Shown here: piece by piece, positions 43,610 to 46,946 of the stretch
Layout: each line of letters begins with the position of its first letter
Numbering within the stretch: the first letter of the stretch is position 1
Assembly (NCBI GenBank): GCA_964449015.1
Contig: CAYVBH010000002.1
Coordinates: forward strand, 1 to 46,946
Direction of reading: 5' to 3'
Length of the DNA: 46,946 bases
Source: an uncultured Bacteroidales bacterium
GTDB taxonomy: Bacteria; Bacteroidota; Bacteroidia; Bacteroidales; UBA10428
Made by a program: the position numbers and the translations under genes
Notes under the pieces: model-generated
Database searches by the model: none
The model's input: the letters and a program-made list of their open reading frames with translations, nothing else
What the model was told of the DNA's origin: nothing

Positions 43610-45151
43610 TTATTCTTCGGCTATTACACCTGTGGATTCTGCATGGGTAATACTCAGCGCCGAAACAGCATATTCATGGGTCTTCAGCCTTGTTTCCCGG
43701 CCTTTTCTGATGCGGATTCTGGCTTCAGGAGTTACTTTAAAAATGTTGGCCGTGTTGGAAAAATCACGCTGTCCCTTTTCAAACCGGTAAACAAGAAATA
43801 TTCTGGTATTTGGGCCTTTTTTCCAGGAGAGCCTGTAAAAACATATCCCCCTGCTTATTTTTACTTCGCCCGGTAATCCGGCCTGAATTGGCTTTATCCG
43901 GGGATTTTCCGGGCATAATGACGGATATTTATACCATTCACCGGTGAGTTGTTGCTGAATACCGAGCGGGTTGGTACGAAGATATTTTGCACTGTAAAGC
44001 ACACTGCCTCTAATATATGGATATTCGCGGTTCAGGCTGATTTGTTTGGTAAGCTGATCAGCAGTACGCCATGCCGGGGAAGAAGATTCATCATTGAGCC
44101 GATACAGGGCATGGCCAATATAAACCGGACAGCCGAAACTGTTGTTGTTCCACCATTCGGCCAGTACGGCATAATCAGCTATTTCGAATCCGATATGCCA
44201 GTATAACTGCGGAACCACATAATCGATCCAGCTGTTTTTTTGCCACTTCAAAATATCAGCATACAGGTCGTCGTAATTTGTCTGGCCTGCCCGGGTTGCT
44301 GAACCCGTTGAATCATCAGCTTTATTCCGCCATACCCCGAAAGGTGATATGCCGAACTGAACATGCGGCTTGATGGCTTTGATGCTGTCGTGTAATTGTT
44401 TGATGATGAGGTCCACATTGTTCCTTCGCCAGTCGTCGCGTTGCGCCGGTGAATAACTTCCGCCATAAAGGGCAAACGACTGTTCATCGGGGAAGTCGGC
44501 GCCCGCAATGCGGTAGGGATAAAAATAATCATCCATGTGAATGGCATCCACATCATAACGCCTCACAATATCGCTCACCACCCGGGCAACATGATCGCGA
44601 ACCTGGGGCAGTGCCGGTTCGAAATATGTCAGGGAACCATAGGTGACCAGCCAGTCGGGGTGCGCCCTGCTCGCATGAAGTGTCGAAGTTTTGGTAAATG
44701 CCGTATCTCTGAGAACCCGGTATGGATTCAGCCACACATGAATATCCAACCCTCTCTCCCGGCATTCGTCAATAATAAAAGCCAATGGATCGTATTCAGG
44801 CTTGGGTGCTCTGCCCTGCTCACCGGTAAGCCAGTGTGACCAGGGTTCGAGTGCCGAAGGGTAAAAGGCATCCGCAGCGGGTCTGATTTGAACTATTACG
44901 GTATTCAAATTATACGACTTGGCCAGGTCAAGAAGTTCAATCATTTCACGCTTCTGTACCCTGACCGGCAATCCGGGTTTTGAAGGCCAATCGATATTTT
45001 CCACAGTGGCAATCCATACGGCGCGCATCTCCCTTTTGGGGTGATCGCCGGACAGGGCCGGGAGAGAGGCGGCTATAATGAGTATCAGGATCATCATTGT
45101 TTTCATTACGCCTCTTTTAAGACATATGCAACCACCAGTCAACCTTTTCAT
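43610..45151 (-). CDS. Glycoside-hydrolase-like family 10 (GHL10 / YngK-like) secreted protein
   Basis: 'EMRAVWIATVENIDWPS', 'NTVIVQIRPAADAFYPSALEPWSHWLTGEQG', 'GLDIHVWLNPYR' match the GHL10 (PF02638-type) pattern. The start is either 45151 (ATGA overlap with ampG) or the Met at 45106 (MKTMMILIL...). Confidence 0.8.
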   Translation of the reverse strand: MKRLTGGCICLKRGVMKTMMILILIIAASLPALSGDHPKREMRAVWIATVENIDWPSKPGLPVRVQKREMIELLDLAKSYNLNTVIVQIRPAADAFYPSALEPWSHWLTGEQGRAPKPEYDPLAFIIDECRERGLDIHVWLNPYRVLRDTAFTKTSTLHASRAHPDWLVTYGSLTYFEPALPQVRDHVARVVSDIVRRYDVDAIHMDDYFYPYRIAGADFPDEQSFALYGGSYSPAQRDDWRRNNVDLIIKQLHDSIKAIKPHVQFGISPFGVWRNKADDSTGSATRAGQTNYDDLYADILKWQKNSWIDYVVPQLYWHIGFEIADYAVLAEWWNNNSFGCPVYIGHALYRLNDESSSPAWRTADQLTKQISLNREYPYIRGSVLYSAKYLRTNPLGIQQQLTGEWYKYPSLCPENPRIKPIQAGLPGEVKISRGICFYRLSWKKGPNTRIFLVYRFEKGQRDFSNTANIFKVTPEARIRIRKGRETRLKTHEYAVSALSITHAESTGVIAEE

Positions 45152-46815
45152 TGTCGTTTCTTTTTGCCGAATTCCGGATCAATTTTCAGGAATGGAATCA
45201 AAGCCATCCCCGGTAAGGTGCACAACAACACATATGTAAAGAAATCCTTGTACCCAAGCCATTCCTGCATGTAACCCGACAACATGCCCGGCAGCATCAT
45301 GCCAAAGGCCATGAGCGAGGTGCCAATGGCATATTCGGCAGCCTTATACTTACTTTCGCCTACAAAATGAAGCATAAACAACATATAAGCAGTGAAGCCA
45401 AAGCCATAGCCGAACTGCTCAAGAACAATGGCACCATAAACCAGGGCATCTGAAGGCAATGGTTGCGTAATGGCAATGTAAAGAAGGCCGATATTCGGCA
45501 GGTTCATACTCAGGGCCATCAGCCAAATCAGTTTCTTCAAACCGTAACGGGCAGCACAGACACCTCCCAGTATGCCGCCCACGGTGAGTGCCAGCATACC
45601 AATGGTACCGTATGCCAGGCCGTATTGTGCAGCTGTCAGGCCAATGCCTCCGTTCCCCCTGGCATCAACAAGGAAAGGCGTGGCAATTTTAATGGATTGA
45701 GCCTCTCCAAACCGGTAAAGCATGAAAAACAACAGGGCCGGAATAACGCCCGGCTTCTTGAAAAAGGAAACAAACACATCGATATAGACCTTCAGGTTAA
45801 CAGTATCGGCAGCCTTTTCTTCAACAGGGTAAGGCAACATGAACTTATGAAATACGCCCAGCAATAATAGAAAAATACCCAGTATAGCCAGCGAGACCAT
45901 CCAGCTGAAGGCGATGTTACCCGCGCTTACCGTAAACTCAGCAGTGGCAGGTTGTGTCAGGTTGCGATCAACTGTAAACACCACCGGCACTGGCTTGTTC
46001 CAGTTATCCTTTGTAAATTCAAACCGCTCGGGTTGGCCGGGCATCATTTTGATATTTTTACTGCCACTTTTGTAATCGAGCGCTACCACAATGTTTTCAT
46101 CATCGGCTGGCGGAGATGACAACACAATATAAGAAACAGCTGTATCCGGCTGTTGATCAACTGCCTGTGAAATCGGTATATTGATTTCGCTTGACGACAA
46201 AACAAGAACAGGCGCCGTATCCTTTGTCGGCACGGGTGATTCAGGAACCGGCGTAGGAATTATCGTACCTTTCGGAATTGCATTCACCGTGAGAGAAACC
46301 GGATCAAGACCGGTTCTTTCCTGCACCAAACCGGCTGCAAGTGGTATGGCACCCATGGCCGTAAGCATGGCAATGCGGTAAAAGGTGCTGCGTATGCCCA
46401 CAAAAAATGCCTGTTTATGCTGGTCAAGTGCATGCATGTAAAAACCGTCAGCAGCAATATCGTGACTTGCCGATGCAATGGCTGCAAAGGCAAACAATGC
46501 TATGGATAGCGGGAAGAAAAAATGCAACGGCATGACCATACCGGACAGTATAAACAAGATTCCCAGCAACATCTGTGTGACTACAATCCAGTTGCGCTTG
46601 GTGGATACCACCTCAACATAAGGGCTCCACAATGGCTTGATGGCCCAGGGCAGGTAAAGCAGACTGGTCCAGAAGGCCAGCGCTGATACCGAAATCCCCA
46701 TGGTTTTGTAGATCAATCCCGAAGTGGTCATCACAATGCTGTAGGGTATTCCCTGATACAGATACAGTGTGGGCACCCAAGCCCAGGGATTGCGGTATGT
46801 TGGTTTATTTGACAT
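45148..46815 (-). CDS. ampG: AmpG-family MFS (muropeptide-type) permease with a ~130-aa loop insertion
   Basis: 555 aa. The N-terminus 'NPWAWVPTLYLYQGIPYSIV', 'LPWAIKPLWSPYVE' and 'ASASHDIAADGF' are AmpG-family motifs. There are multiple TM helices, and a non-hydrophobic insert spans residues about 166-300. Confidence 0.8.
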   Translation of the reverse strand: MSNKPTYRNPWAWVPTLYLYQGIPYSIVMTTSGLIYKTMGISVSALAFWTSLLYLPWAIKPLWSPYVEVVSTKRNWIVVTQMLLGILFILSGMVMPLHFFFPLSIALFAFAAIASASHDIAADGFYMHALDQHKQAFFVGIRSTFYRIAMLTAMGAIPLAAGLVQERTGLDPVSLTVNAIPKGTIIPTPVPESPVPTKDTAPVLVLSSSEINIPISQAVDQQPDTAVSYIVLSSPPADDENIVVALDYKSGSKNIKMMPGQPERFEFTKDNWNKPVPVVFTVDRNLTQPATAEFTVSAGNIAFSWMVSLAILGIFLLLLGVFHKFMLPYPVEEKAADTVNLKVYIDVFVSFFKKPGVIPALLFFMLYRFGEAQSIKIATPFLVDARGNGGIGLTAAQYGLAYGTIGMLALTVGGILGGVCAARYGLKKLIWLMALSMNLPNIGLLYIAITQPLPSDALVYGAIVLEQFGYGFGFTAYMLFMLHFVGESKYKAAEYAIGTSLMAFGMMLPGMLSGYMQEWLGYKDFFTYVLLCTLPGMALIPFLKIDPEFGKKKRQ

Positions 46816-46863
46816 AGTACTTGTAATAGTATAAGTGCATATTGGGTGTTTGCTGTTCGATAC

Positions 46864-46905
46864 AGGATACTGGATACTGGATTCTAGATACTAGATGCTT
46901 GATGT
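46864..46905. repeat. Six degenerate tandem heptads (aggatac tggatac tggattc tagatac tagatgc ttgatgt) upstream of ampG
   Basis: Read directly from the sequence. The heptads are followed by a (tg)n run and TTGGG-type G-rich repeats that run to the window edge. Confidence 0.7.
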
Positions 46906-46946
46906 GTGTGTATTGGGGGTTGGGAGTTGGGTTTTGACTGCCGCTG

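Noticed and set aside
1-46946. rRNA, tRNA, tmRNA and riboswitch-like elements in the intergenic regions.
   Set aside because: I read each gap longer than 100 nt (for example 21538-21725, 22665-22955, 31436-31565, 42789-42945 and 43453-43609). I saw no cloverleaf-compatible or conserved structured motif.

Overview
This is a Bacteroidota-type chromosomal segment. Supporting signs are type IX secretion genes, several TAnnTTTG -7-like promoter motifs, and lipoprotein 'C' lipoboxes. There are four blocks.

(1) 1-6338: a T9SS/gliding cluster with a partial gldJ-like gene, a PorP/SprF-family gene, porU and porV.

(2) 6350-18970: ispF, a CoA-binding protein, an HmuY-like lipoprotein with a TonB-dependent receptor, three tandem mosaic paralogous lipoproteins (Fn3-like N-domains, five PKD repeats each, C-terminal FISUMP/lectin-like domain), and a TlpA-like thioredoxin-fold protein.

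(3) about 19042-41117: a compact Bacteroidota-type (subtype iii-like) type VI secretion locus.
- The minus arm carries clpV, tssB, tssC, two divergent hcp genes and vgrG.
- The divergent plus arm carries tssG-like, tssK, tssE and tssF.
- A putative membrane module comprises a PKD/TM protein, a TssN-like protein, a TssO-like protein and a membrane-anchored M23 peptidase.
- A PAAR + DUF4123 pair converges on a six-gene cassette downstream of vgrG. Most of that cassette is strongly AT-rich.

(4) 41194-46815: fabD, two hypothetical genes, a GHL10-type glycosidase-like gene and an ampG-like MFS gene carrying a large loop insertion.

The best candidate for something undescribed is the VgrG-linked cassette at 24310-29143. 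It encodes two LysM proteins, a PG_binding_1 domain, a 432-aa protein with a His-Gly...Cys arrangement, two small proteins, and a terminal metallophosphoesterase with all five motifs and no evident immunity gene. The orphan PAAR-tail/DUF4123 adaptor pair faces it.

I saw no rRNA, tRNA, CRISPR array, transposase or integrase. All family assignments come from reading motifs in the translated ORFs; no searches were run.
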